Source of the DNA: Vibrio vulnificus CMCP6
GTDB lineage: Bacteria; Pseudomonadota; Gammaproteobacteria; Enterobacterales; Vibrionaceae
Direction of reading: 5' to 3'
NCBI RefSeq assembly: GCF_000039765.1
Contig: NC_004459.3
Span: 1,710,001-1,742,000, forward strand
Length of the DNA stretch: 32,000 nt
Part shown: in pieces, positions 1-8,740 of the stretch
Numbering within the stretch: position 1 is the stretch's first letter
Layout: each line of letters starts with the position of its first letter
Made by a program: the position numbers and the translations under genes
The notes under the pieces: generated by a model
What the model was told of the DNA's origin: nothing
Databases searched by the model: none
The model's input: the letters and a program-made list of their open reading frames with translations, nothing else

Positions 1-546
1 AGTGCTCTTCTGGCTTTGTTGGACGAGCGTGACACTCGCTGTGTAGCCATCGGGGAATGCGGTTTGGATGATGGGGTTGAACAAGACACGGCATTGCAAG
101 AGCAGGCGTTGAACTACCAGCTCGATTTGGCCAAGCAGTATCAACTGCCGGTTATTTTGCACAATCGACGATGTCACAATCGACTCATTCAATTAGTCAA
201 AGCGGCTCGGCTACCAAAAGGCGGCGTTATCCATGCGTTTTCTGGTAGCTATGAGCAGGGAATGGAGTGGGTACGTTTGGGTTTTTATCTTGGGGTCGGG
301 GGAACCATTACCTACCCCAGAGCGAACAAAACGCGCCAAGCGATCAGTCGACTCCCTTTAGAAAAACTGCTGCTTGAAACCGATGCGCCAGATATGCCGA
401 TATTTGGCTTTCAAGGAAAGCTCAATACACCCGCTCAGATTATTCATCCACTAAATGAGTTGGGTTTGTTGCATAATCAAACAAAGCAAACGATTGCCTC
501 TCAAATCTGGAAAAATAGCAATTCTCTGTTCTCTATCTGTGAATGA
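1..546 (+). CDS. yjjV: TatD-family metal-dependent hydrolase (YjjV-like), 5'-truncated by the window edge
   Basis: Frame is open from base 1 (SALLALLDERDTRCVAIGECGLDDG). TatD-family motifs GECGLD, PVILHNR, HAFSGS and LLETDAP; stop TGA at 544-546. Position upstream of nupC/deo matches the yjjV neighbourhood in enterobacteria. Confidence 0.87.
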   Translation, partial: SALLALLDERDTRCVAIGECGLDDGVEQDTALQEQALNYQLDLAKQYQLPVILHNRRCHNRLIQLVKAARLPKGGVIHAFSGSYEQGMEWVRLGFYLGVGGTITYPRANKTRQAISRLPLEKLLLETDAPDMPIFGFQGKLNTPAQIIHPLNELGLLHNQTKQTIASQIWKNSNSLFSICE

Positions 547-590
547 AATCTAAAAAACTTGTTTAAAGAAAATCTCGTTCGGTATGTTAT

Positions 591-606
591 TGTGAGTTTA
601 CTCACA
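591..606. promoter_or_regulatory. Perfect CRP-type site TGTGA-GTTTAC-TCACA upstream of nupC
   Basis: Exact TGTGA-N6-TCACA palindrome read directly in the sequence, 146 bp upstream of the nupC ATG. Confidence 0.8.
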
Positions 607-679
607 AATGGAGGTGAATTAGCGATGAATCTTATGGGAAAGTGTGAAGGTGGCATTACTTTAATTATTGGGGCATGAG

Positions 680-685
680 TATAAT
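680..685 (+). promoter_or_regulatory. Candidate nupC -10 box (TATAAT)
   Basis: Exact TATAAT; weak -35 candidate TTACTT at 656-661 (18-bp spacer). The CRP palindrome centre would lie near -93 relative to a start site around 691. Confidence 0.4.
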
Positions 686-751
686 GGCCCCCGCTTAATA
701 GCTCCATTTTGTAACACGCCAATAAATAACTTAATAAGGAAGTCATAAACT

Positions 752-2014
752 ATGAGCCTGTTTATGAGCCTAGTCGGTATGGCAGTATTGCTAGGAATTG
801 CATTACTACTGTCAGATAACCGTAAAGCTATCAATCTTAGAACTGTGGCTGGCGCTTTTGCTATCCAATTCATCATCGGTGGTTTCGTTCTTTACGTACC
901 ATGGGGTCGTGATCTACTAGCGGGTTTCTCTGCTGGTGTTCAAAACGTGATCGACTATGGTAAAGACGGTACTGGTTTCTTGTTCGGCAGCCTAGTTAAC
1001 TTCTCAGTTGACGGTATCGGCTTCATCTTTGCTTTCCAAGTACTACCAACACTGATTTTCTTCTCAGCACTTATCTCTGTACTTTACTACATTGGTGTGA
1101 TGCAGTGGGTTATCAAGATCCTAGGTGGCGGCCTTCAGAAAGCACTAGGTACTTCTCGTGCCGAGTCAATGTCTGCAGCAGCTAACATCTTCGTTGGTCA
1201 AACTGAAGCGCCACTAGTGGTTCGTCCGTTTGTACCAAAAATGACTCAATCTGAGCTATTTGCAGTAATGTGTGGTGGTCTAGCGTCTGTTGCTGGTGGT
1301 GTACTAGCAGGTTACGCATCTATGGGTGTACCTCTAGAGTACCTTGTAGCAGCATCATTCATGGCAGCACCTGGTGGTCTACTGTTCGCTAAAATCATCA
1401 AACCAGAAGTTGATACTCCAAATGAAAGCTTGGAAGACAACATTGATGGTGGTGACGACAAGCCAGCTAACGTTATCGACGCAGCAGCAGGCGGTGCATC
1501 AGTTGGTCTACAACTAGCACTAAACGTTGGTGCAATGCTACTCGCATTCGTTGGTCTAATCGCACTAGTTAACGGCATCCTAGGTGGTGTTGGTGGTTGG
1601 TTTGGCATGGAAAACCTAACTCTAGAACTTATTCTAGGTTGGTTGTTCGCGCCGCTAGCATTCCTAATCGGTGTTCCATGGGCTGAAGCAACATTTGCTG
1701 GTTCTTTCATCGGTCAAAAACTGGTTGTAAACGAATTCGTAGCTTACCTAAACTTCGTACCTTACGTTGGTGATGCAGCACAAGTTGTTCCAGCAACAGG
1801 TCAAGTAATGTCTGAGAAGACTCAAGCAATCATCGCCTTCGCTCTATGTGGTTTCGCAAACCTTTCTTCTATCGCGATTCTACTTGGTGGTCTAGGTAGC
1901 CTTGCTCCTGCTCGTCGTCACGACATCGCTCGTATGGGTGTTAAAGCGGTTGCAGCGGGTACGCTATCTAACCTAATGGCAGCGACCATTGCTGGCTTCT
2001 TCCTGTCTTTCTAA
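752..2014 (+). CDS. nupC: NupC-family concentrative nucleoside transporter
   Basis: 420-aa multipass protein with CNT-family segments (ESMSAAANIFVGQTEAPLVVRPFV, GVLAGYASMGVP, FANLSSIAILLGGLGSLAP); adjacent to the deo operon. Confidence 0.93.
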   Translation: MSLFMSLVGMAVLLGIALLLSDNRKAINLRTVAGAFAIQFIIGGFVLYVPWGRDLLAGFSAGVQNVIDYGKDGTGFLFGSLVNFSVDGIGFIFAFQVLPTLIFFSALISVLYYIGVMQWVIKILGGGLQKALGTSRAESMSAAANIFVGQTEAPLVVRPFVPKMTQSELFAVMCGGLASVAGGVLAGYASMGVPLEYLVAASFMAAPGGLLFAKIIKPEVDTPNESLEDNIDGGDDKPANVIDAAAGGASVGLQLALNVGAMLLAFVGLIALVNGILGGVGGWFGMENLTLELILGWLFAPLAFLIGVPWAEATFAGSFIGQKLVVNEFVAYLNFVPYVGDAAQVVPATGQVMSEKTQAIIAFALCGFANLSSIAILLGGLGSLAPARRHDIARMGVKAVAAGTLSNLMAATIAGFFLSF

Positions 2015-2053
2015 TTTAGTTAAGAGAAAGCATTTATAGACGCCGTTTAAATC

Positions 2054-2087
2054 CGCCCCGTAGCAAGAGATTGCTGCGGGGCGTTTT
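2054..2087 (+). terminator. Rho-independent terminator after nupC
   Basis: cgccccgtagcaa-GAGA-ttgctgcggggcg stem (13 pairs, one wobble) followed by TTTT. Confidence 0.85.
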
Positions 2088-2209
2088 CAGTTTTTAGCGC
2101 CAGTGAAGGTGACGCATTGAGCAAACGTTCACTTGTGTGAGAGGCTGAGTTTTTTTGAGATACAAACCGTTTGCGCTCTATTTGGCACTACAGTTTTGCG
2201 ATGAATATC

Positions 2210-2215
2210 TATAAT
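2210..2215 (+). promoter_or_regulatory. Candidate deoC upstream -10 box (TATAAT)
   Basis: Exact TATAAT in the 559-bp nupC-deoC gap, but no good -35 at 16-18 bp. If real it is probably activator-dependent. Confidence 0.25.
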
Positions 2216-2573
2216 GTAGTAATCAGACCAGAGGGATTAGGCCTTGCTGAGCCAATCACCTGCTGAATAGATGAGTTTGTAAGGGCAATGAAATGCCCAA
2301 ACATAACAGAGTTGAATAACAAGGTAGGATGCCTTGCTTAACTTCTGATATGCAAGACACCGCAATCATAGATTGTTGTGCCATAGGCCAAATTGGTACT
2401 GTGCGGTGACAGGGATAGCAATTGGTAGTTGTAATGATTACCGAGTCTTCAAGGAACCAAGTCCGTTCATCAATGACTGTTTAGCAAAGACCTTTTTTGC
2501 TGTTTTATCGTTGTGATGTGAACAGAAAAAGGGGCTGAGTAGTGAAATTTTTGAATATTGATCGGAGATAGAA

Positions 2574-3350
2574 ATGAGCGATTTGAAAGCAGCAGCGCTA
2601 CGTGCACTGAAACTTATGGACCTAACAACGCTAAATGACGACGACACTGATGCAAAAGTGATCGCACTTTGTCACGACGCCAAAACGCCTGTAGGTAACA
2701 CGGCAGCGATTTGTATTTACCCTCGCTTTATTCCTATTGCTAAGAAGACACTTCGTGAGCAAGGTACACCAGAAGTTCGCATTGCAACGGTAACGAACTT
2801 CCCATACGGCAATGACGACATCGAAATCGCAGTCGCTGAAACCAAAGCAGCGGTCGCTTACGGTGCCGATGAAGTTGACGTGGTTTTCCCATACCGCGCA
2901 TTGATGGCTGGTGATGAGAAAGTGGGCTTCGAATTGGTTAAGCAATGTAAAGAAGCATGTGGCGACATTCTTTTGAAAGTCATCATCGAAACCGGCGAAC
3001 TGAAAGAAGAAGCGTTGATCAAGAAAGCATCGCAAATCTGTATTGAAGCGGGTGCAGACTTTATCAAAACATCAACAGGTAAAGTGCCAGTTAACGCAAC
3101 GCCAGAATACGCACGCATGATGCTTGAAGTGATTCGTGACATGGGCGTGGCTGAGAAAGTTGGCTTTAAACCTGCTGGTGGTGTACGCACTGCGGAAGAC
3201 GCAGCGGCTTACCTAGCAATGGCAGATGACATCCTAGGTTCTGAGTGGGCGGATAATATGCACTACCGTTTTGGTGCATCTAGCTTGCTAACCAACCTAC
3301 TAAATACATTAGAAGTAACAGACCAAGTCGCTGATCCTGCAGCGTACTAA
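2574..3350 (+). CDS. deoC: Deoxyribose-phosphate aldolase
   Basis: 258 aa; DeoC motifs [57 protein letters not shown]-type sequence. Confidence 0.97.
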   Translation: MSDLKAAALRALKLMDLTTLNDDDTDAKVIALCHDAKTPVGNTAAICIYPRFIPIAKKTLREQGTPEVRIATVTNFPYGNDDIEIAVAETKAAVAYGADEVDVVFPYRALMAGDEKVGFELVKQCKEACGDILLKVIIETGELKEEALIKKASQICIEAGADFIKTSTGKVPVNATPEYARMMLEVIRDMGVAEKVGFKPAGGVRTAEDAAAYLAMADDILGSEWADNMHYRFGASSLLTNLLNTLEVTDQVADPAAY

Positions 3351-3365
3351 TTCTAATAACGTCTG

Positions 3366-3389
3366 AACGTGGTGTGAGAGCACCACGTT
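3366..3389 (+). other. Intercistronic hairpin deoC-deoA
   Basis: aacgtggtg-tgagag-caccacgtt, perfect 9-bp stem with a 6-nt loop and no U-tract. Confidence 0.6.
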
Positions 3390-3438
3390 ACCTTCTTATC
3401 CTACTTTTACCATGGCCCATTGGGCTTGGGAGGCTCTA

Positions 3439-4767
3439 ATGTATTTACCTCAAGAAATTATTCGTAAAAAACGCGACGGCGAAGCGCTGACTGCCGACGA
3501 AATTAACTTTTTTATCCAAGGTGTGGCGAACAATACGGTCTCTGAAGGTCAGATTGCCGCGTTCGCGATGACCATCTTTTTCAATGAAATGACGATGCCT
3601 GAACGTATTGCCCTAACGTGTGCAATGCGAGATTCTGGCATGGTGATTGATTGGAGTCACATGAACTTTGGTGGCCCAATCGTTGATAAACACTCAACCG
3701 GCGGTGTGGGCGATGTGACCTCTCTAATGCTTGGCCCTATGGTGGCAGCATGTGGTGGTTTCGTGCCGATGATCTCGGGTCGTGGCCTGGGCCATACTGG
3801 CGGTACGTTAGACAAACTGGAAGCGATTCCTGGCTACAACATCACACCAAGTAACGACGTATTCGGTCAAGTGACCAAAGAAGCAGGTGTAGCGATCATC
3901 GGCCAAACGGGCGATCTTGCACCAGCAGACAAACGAGTCTATGCCACTCGTGATATTACGGCGACGGTGGACAACATCTCACTGATCACCGCTTCCATTC
4001 TGTCTAAGAAGTTGGCGGCAGGTCTTGAATCTTTAGTGATGGATGTGAAAGTCGGTTCGGGCGCCTTTATGCCGACTTACGAAGCTTCAGAAGAATTGGC
4101 GAAATCCATTGTGGCGGTGGCGAATGGCGCGGGCACTAAGACGACGGCGATTTTGACCGACATGAACCAAGTATTGGCTTCTTCTGCGGGTAACGCTGTT
4201 GAAGTTCGTGAAGCGGTTCGTTTCCTCAAAGGTGAATATCGTAACCCTCGTTTGCTTGAAGTCACGATGGCGTCATGTGCTGAAATGTTGGTACTTGGTA
4301 AATTGGCTGAGAATACCGAAGACGCACGTGCGAAATTGATGGAAGTACTGGATAACGGTAAAGCGGCAGAATGCTTTGGTAAGATGGTCGCAGGTTTAGG
4401 TGGTCCGGTTGACTTTATGGACAACTATGACAACTACCTCGATAAAGCTGAAATCATTAAGCCTGTTTACGCCAAAGAGACCGGTGTGGTGTCTGCAATG
4501 GATACTCGTGCTATTGGTATGGCTGTGGTGGCGATGGGCGGTGGACGCCGCGTTGCGACAGACAGCATCGATTACGCGGTAGGTTTTGATCAGTTTATCC
4601 GTTTGGGCGAAATCGCAAGCAGCGAAAAACCACTGGCGATGATTCACGCTCGTAACGAAGCGCAGTGGCAAGAAGCCGCGAATGCACTACAAGCAGCGAT
4701 TAAGGTGGGTGGTGAGTACACACCAACACCAGACGTATATCGTCAAATTCGCCAAGAAGATATTTAA
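3439..4767 (+). CDS. deoA: Thymidine phosphorylase; start trimmed from the ORF-track position 3412
   Basis: [28 protein letters not shown] aligns with the DeoA N-terminus; motif [25 protein letters not shown]. An SD-like GGAGG precedes 3439. Confidence 0.96.
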   Translation: MYLPQEIIRKKRDGEALTADEINFFIQGVANNTVSEGQIAAFAMTIFFNEMTMPERIALTCAMRDSGMVIDWSHMNFGGPIVDKHSTGGVGDVTSLMLGPMVAACGGFVPMISGRGLGHTGGTLDKLEAIPGYNITPSNDVFGQVTKEAGVAIIGQTGDLAPADKRVYATRDITATVDNISLITASILSKKLAAGLESLVMDVKVGSGAFMPTYEASEELAKSIVAVANGAGTKTTAILTDMNQVLASSAGNAVEVREAVRFLKGEYRNPRLLEVTMASCAEMLVLGKLAENTEDARAKLMEVLDNGKAAECFGKMVAGLGGPVDFMDNYDNYLDKAEIIKPVYAKETGVVSAMDTRAIGMAVVAMGGGRRVATDSIDYAVGFDQFIRLGEIASSEKPLAMIHARNEAQWQEAANALQAAIKVGGEYTPTPDVYRQIRQEDI

Positions 4768-4776
4768 TGACTATTG

Positions 4777-4808
4777 GGCCTATTACTGCCATGGGGTGGT
4801 AATAGGCC
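4777..4808 (+). other. Intercistronic hairpin deoA-deoB
   Basis: ggcctattactgcc-ATGG-ggtggtaataggcc, 14 pairs including two G-U wobbles, just upstream of the deoB SD (gaggaag). Confidence 0.65.
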
Positions 4809-4821
4809 TGAGGAAGAAGCA

Positions 4822-6042
4822 ATGAAAAGAGCATTTATTTTAGTACTAGACTCCTTTGGTATTGGCGCAACCGCAGATGCGAAAGAGTTTGGTGATGTCG
4901 GTTCAGATACCCTAGGCCATATTGCTGACCAATGTGAGCAGGGTTTGGCAAACAATGATCAACGCCAAGGGGCTCTTCGTCTGCCAAATCTGTCCAAACT
5001 CGGTCTGGCGATGGCGCACAAAGAGTCTACTGGTCGTTTTGCACCAGGATTAGATGCGGATGCAGAAATAATCGGTGCCTACGGTCATGCTGCGGAGCTT
5101 TCTTCTGGTAAAGACACACCGTCTGGTCACTGGGAAATTGCTGGCGTCCCTGTTTTGTTTGAATGGGGTTACTTCACTGACAAAGCCAACAGCTTCCCGA
5201 AAGAGTTAACGGATCGCATTCTTGCTCGAGCAGGTATTGATGGATTCCTAGGTAACTGCCACGCCTCTGGTACGCAAGTTCTGGATGACCTAGGCGAAGA
5301 GCACATGAAGACTGGTCAGCCAATTTTCTACACCTCTGCGGACTCTGTATTCCAAATCGCTTGTCACGAAGAGACATTCGGCCTTGACCGTCTACTTGAG
5401 CTTTGCCAAATCGCTCGTGAAGAGCTAGCAGACTACAACATTGGTCGTGTCATTGCGCGCCCGTTCATTGGTCCGGGTAAAGGGCAGTTTGAGCGTACCG
5501 GTAACCGTCGAGATCTTTCTGTTGAGCCGCCATCAGCGACCGTCCTACAGAAATTGGCTGAGGAAAAGCAAGGCCAAGTGGTGTCTATTGGTAAGATTGC
5601 GGATATCTACGCAAACTGCGGTATCACCAAGAAAGTGAAAGCAACAGGCATTCCTGCGCTGTTTGAAGCGACACTTGAGCAAATTAAACAAGCGGGTGAC
5701 AACACCATCGTGTTCACCAACTTTGTCGATTTTGACTCTGCTTACGGCCACCGTCGTGATGTTGCGGGTTACGCAGCGGCACTGGAGTACTTCGATGGTC
5801 GTATCCACGAAGTGATGGAACTGATGCAAGAAGATGACATCCTGATCCTGACGGCTGATCACGGCTGTGACCCAACGTGGCCAGGTACGGACCACACTCG
5901 CGAGCACATTCCGGTGCTAGTCTACGGTCAAAAAGTTCCTGCTGGTTCACTTGGCCGTCGCGAAACGTTCGCGGATATCGGTCAAACTCTAGCGAGCTAC
6001 TTTGGCACATCGCCAATGGATTACGGCAAAAACTTTTTGTAA
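4822..6042 (+). CDS. deoB: Phosphopentomutase; start trimmed from the ORF-track position 4774
   Basis: [35 protein letters not shown] and [21 protein letters not shown] are DeoB signatures; 406 aa. Confidence 0.97.
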
Positions 6043-6066
6043 TCCAGAACTATAATTGAACTTATC

Positions 6067-6095
6067 GAATAGAGAGCGTGCCTCTCTATTCTTTT
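6067..6095 (+). other. Intercistronic hairpin deoB-deoD, possible attenuator or weak terminator
   Basis: gaatagagag-cgtgc-ctctctattc perfect 10-bp stem followed by TTTT. Confidence 0.6.
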
Positions 6096-6122
6096 GTGAT
6101 TGAAATACAAGGAAACGAAAAC

Positions 6123-6842
6123 ATGGCAACTCCACATATTAATGCTGAAATGGGTGATTTTGCAGATGTTGTACTGATGCCGGGTGACCCGCTACGTGCA
6201 AAATACATTGCAGAAACCTTTCTGGAAGACGTGGTTCAGGTTTGTGATGTACGTAATATGTATGGTTTCACTGGTACTTACAAAGGTCGTAAAGTATCGG
6301 TAATGGGTCATGGTATGGGTATCCCATCGTGCTCAATTTACGCCACTGAGCTTATCAAAGACTACGGTGTGAAGAAGATCATCCGTGTGGGTAGCTGTGG
6401 TGCTGTAAGCACGGACATCAAAGTACGCGATGTTGTGATCGGCATGGGGGCATGTACCGATTCCAAAGTAAACCGCATCCGTTTTAAAGGTCATGACTTT
6501 GCGGCGATTGCTGACTACAAAATGGTCAAAGCAGCGGAAGAGGCGGCGAAAGCGCGTGGTATCGATGTGAAAGTGGGTAACCTATTTTCTGCTGAACTGT
6601 TCTACACGCCAGATCCAGAAATGTTCGACGTGATGGACAAATACGGCATTGTCGGCGTAGAAATGGAAGCGGCGGGCATCTACGGTGTTGCTGCGGAATA
6701 CGGCGCAAAAGCGCTGACGATTTGTACGGTTTCTGACCACATCAAGACAGGTGAGCAAACCACATCAGAAGAGCGTCAGAATACCTTCAATGACATGATG
6801 ATTGTTGCGTTGGATTCTGTATTGCTTGGCGATGCAGAATAA
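6123..6842 (+). CDS. deoD: Purine-nucleoside phosphorylase DeoD; start trimmed from the ORF-track position 6078
   Basis: [40 protein letters not shown]; near-identical to the known DeoD N-terminus; 239 aa. Confidence 0.98.
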   Translation: MATPHINAEMGDFADVVLMPGDPLRAKYIAETFLEDVVQVCDVRNMYGFTGTYKGRKVSVMGHGMGIPSCSIYATELIKDYGVKKIIRVGSCGAVSTDIKVRDVVIGMGACTDSKVNRIRFKGHDFAAIADYKMVKAAEEAAKARGIDVKVGNLFSAELFYTPDPEMFDVMDKYGIVGVEMEAAGIYGVAAEYGAKALTICTVSDHIKTGEQTTSEERQNTFNDMMIVALDSVLLGDAE

Positions 6843-6870
6843 TTCGCTTCAAGAAAAGACATAAAAAGAA

Positions 6871-6898
6871 AGCCTGCACTCGTTGTGCAGGCTTTTTT
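6871..6898 (+). terminator. Terminator of the deo operon
   Basis: agcctgcac-tcgtt-gtgcaggct followed by a T6-type tract. Confidence 0.9.
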
Positions 6899-6906
6899 AT
6901 GAGGCT

Positions 6907-6954
6907 TTGGTCGATAAAAACCTTGGTCCATAAAAACCGTGGTCCATTAAGAAG
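6907..6954. repeat. Three tandem imperfect 16-bp repeats
   Basis: ttggtcgataaaaacc | ttggtccataaaaacc | gtggtccattaagaag. Copies 1 and 2 differ at one base; copy 3 is diverged and overlaps the ytjB stop codon. Confidence 0.7.
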
Positions 6955-7558
6955 GTTCTTTATGACTAAGCAGTAAGTTTTCGACTTTAGTTTGCGGTTT
7001 TTTACGCAAAATCAGAATAAACAGCATGCCACTGACAAAGCTCATCAAAATCATCAAAAACATGTAACGATCAATTTTGCGGTAGTGATGGTCAGAAAAT
7101 GCCGTGACTTTACCGGTTTCAAACGTGATCCGAATGAAACCCACAATGCTGTTATCGGCAAAAACGGGTTCAACGAGCTGTTGGCGCCCAATGCCTGCTG
7201 TGGCAAGGGGGGTATCCAAACCCAGTACTTCTCTCGCAGTGAGTGCTTTGTCACTCGATGCTAAACGCACGCCTTCAGAATCATACACCGTCGCATCAAA
7301 AACCAAACGTTCTTTGGCCAGTTGATTCGTTAGCTTGAGCAGCTTCTCTTGGTCTTTTTGTACAATCATTTCGCTGGCAGATAACGCCGCTTGAGAGCTG
7401 AGCACTTTGGTTAAGGTTTCCAACTGCTGTGCTTGAATTTTTTCGTTACCTTTACTGATCACTACGCTGTTTTTAATGGTGACAAAAAACATGACACCTA
7501 GCAGCAGTAAAGCGATGACTCTTAGGGCATTTCGCAGTGAAAACAGAGACTCTTTCAT
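6947..7558 (-). CDS. ytjB: YtjB/Smp (AhpA-like) membrane protein
   Basis: 203 aa with an N-terminal TM segment, periplasmic domain and C-terminal TM; divergent from serB as in E. coli smp-serB. Confidence 0.75.
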   Translation of the reverse strand: MKESLFSLRNALRVIALLLLGVMFFVTIKNSVVISKGNEKIQAQQLETLTKVLSSQAALSASEMIVQKDQEKLLKLTNQLAKERLVFDATVYDSEGVRLASSDKALTAREVLGLDTPLATAGIGRQQLVEPVFADNSIVGFIRITFETGKVTAFSDHHYRKIDRYMFLMILMSFVSGMLFILILRKKPQTKVENLLLSHKEPS

Positions 7559-7664
7559 ATCGCGACATGAACTCTTTTAATATCTGAATAAATACAAGTT
7601 TGGGGCTTGCCTTTTTAAATTGCAATAGGGTAACGTTTGTGAAGGTTCATAAAGGATTAATACC

Positions 7665-8645
7665 ATGGAAGCGTTAAAAACCTTGCCATTTAGAAGGCAC
7701 ACACAACTGTTAACTCGTTTGCCAGAAACTCGTTTTGCCACGCAATGGGACAAAAGTAAAGCTAACTGGATTGTTTATGCTGAGTATTTAGCGCCCGGAC
7801 ACTTTGAAGATATCGATTTTTTTACGGGGGGCTACAACCCGATTATTGATACTTGGAAAGTGGGCTACTACGAAGTGGCGCTTATGGCAGGAGAACTGAC
7901 TCCTGAGCATGAAAAGATTCTTCAAGCGCTCCAACTTGATTACGCTTGCTTGACCGATGTGCCCGACCTCTCTAAGCCAGGGCTAATTGTGTTAGACATG
8001 GATTCCACAGCAATACAAATAGAGTGTATTGATGAGATCGCCAAACTGGCGGGAGTCGGTGAAGAGGTGGCGGAAGTGACAGAGCGCGCGATGCAAGGTG
8101 AGCTCGATTTTGAGCAGAGTCTGCGTCAGCGAGTAGGCAAATTAAAAGGAGCGGACGAGTCCATTCTCGACAGTGTTCGTCAGACATTGCCTTTCATGCC
8201 GGATTTGGTGGCATTAATTCACACCTTAAAAGGCTTTGGTTGGAAAACAGCCATTGCGTCAGGTGGCTTTACCTATTTTTCAGACTATTTGAAAGAGACA
8301 CTGCAGTTGGATCATGCGCAATCGAATCAGTTGGAAATTGTGCAAGGTAAGCTGACTGGAAACGTCTTGGGTGAAGTGGTCTCTGCGCAAACCAAAGCGG
8401 ATATTTTAATCGAGTTGGCGGAGCAGTTTGAGGTGGAGATGCACAACACCATTGCTGTCGGTGACGGGGCGAATGACTTGGTGATGATGAATGCGGCAGG
8501 GCTGGGTATCGCTTATCACGCTAAACCGAAAGTCGAGCAGCAAGCACAAGCGGCAGTGCGTTTTGCAGGGCTCGGCGGAATTTTGTGTATTCTTTCCGGT
8601 ATTCTCGCCAAGCAACAAAAAATCAGTTGGCAAAGCAAACCGTAA
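7665..8645 (+). CDS. serB: Phosphoserine phosphatase
   Basis: DMDSTAIQIECIDEIAKLAG, ASGGFTYFSDYL and GDGANDLVMMNAAGLGIAYHAKPKV (HAD motifs typical of SerB); 326 aa. Confidence 0.96.
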   Translation: MEALKTLPFRRHTQLLTRLPETRFATQWDKSKANWIVYAEYLAPGHFEDIDFFTGGYNPIIDTWKVGYYEVALMAGELTPEHEKILQALQLDYACLTDVPDLSKPGLIVLDMDSTAIQIECIDEIAKLAGVGEEVAEVTERAMQGELDFEQSLRQRVGKLKGADESILDSVRQTLPFMPDLVALIHTLKGFGWKTAIASGGFTYFSDYLKETLQLDHAQSNQLEIVQGKLTGNVLGEVVSAQTKADILIELAEQFEVEMHNTIAVGDGANDLVMMNAAGLGIAYHAKPKVEQQAQAAVRFAGLGGILCILSGILAKQQKISWQSKP

Positions 8646-8669
8646 CAACTGAAGAATGTTAAATACAAA

Positions 8670-8694
8670 CATGGGCAGAATCGTTCTGCCCATG
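8670..8694. terminator. Hairpin between convergent serB and the PilZ gene; candidate terminator, best on the minus strand
   Basis: catgggcagaa-tcg-ttctgcccatg, perfect 11-bp stem. On the minus strand it is followed by TTTGTATTT. Confidence 0.6.
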
Positions 8695-8740
8695 ATTATC
8701 TCGAAAGAAAAACTGTCTCAAACCAGCGCCACTGAGTCGC

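Noticed and set aside
1312-1710. 132-aa minus-strand ORF antisense to nupC
   Set aside because: Pro/Ala/Ser-rich mirror of the hydrophobic Gly/Ala-rich transporter; no domain support.
2182-2200. Sigma-54-like TTGGCAC...TTTTGC in the deoC upstream region
   Set aside because: Spacing between the -24-like and -12-like elements is 2 nt too long.
2289-2342. 17-codon ORF MKCPNITELNNKVGCLA* before deoC
   Set aside because: Poor SD spacing, no stem-loop/attenuator arrangement around it, and short enough to be random.
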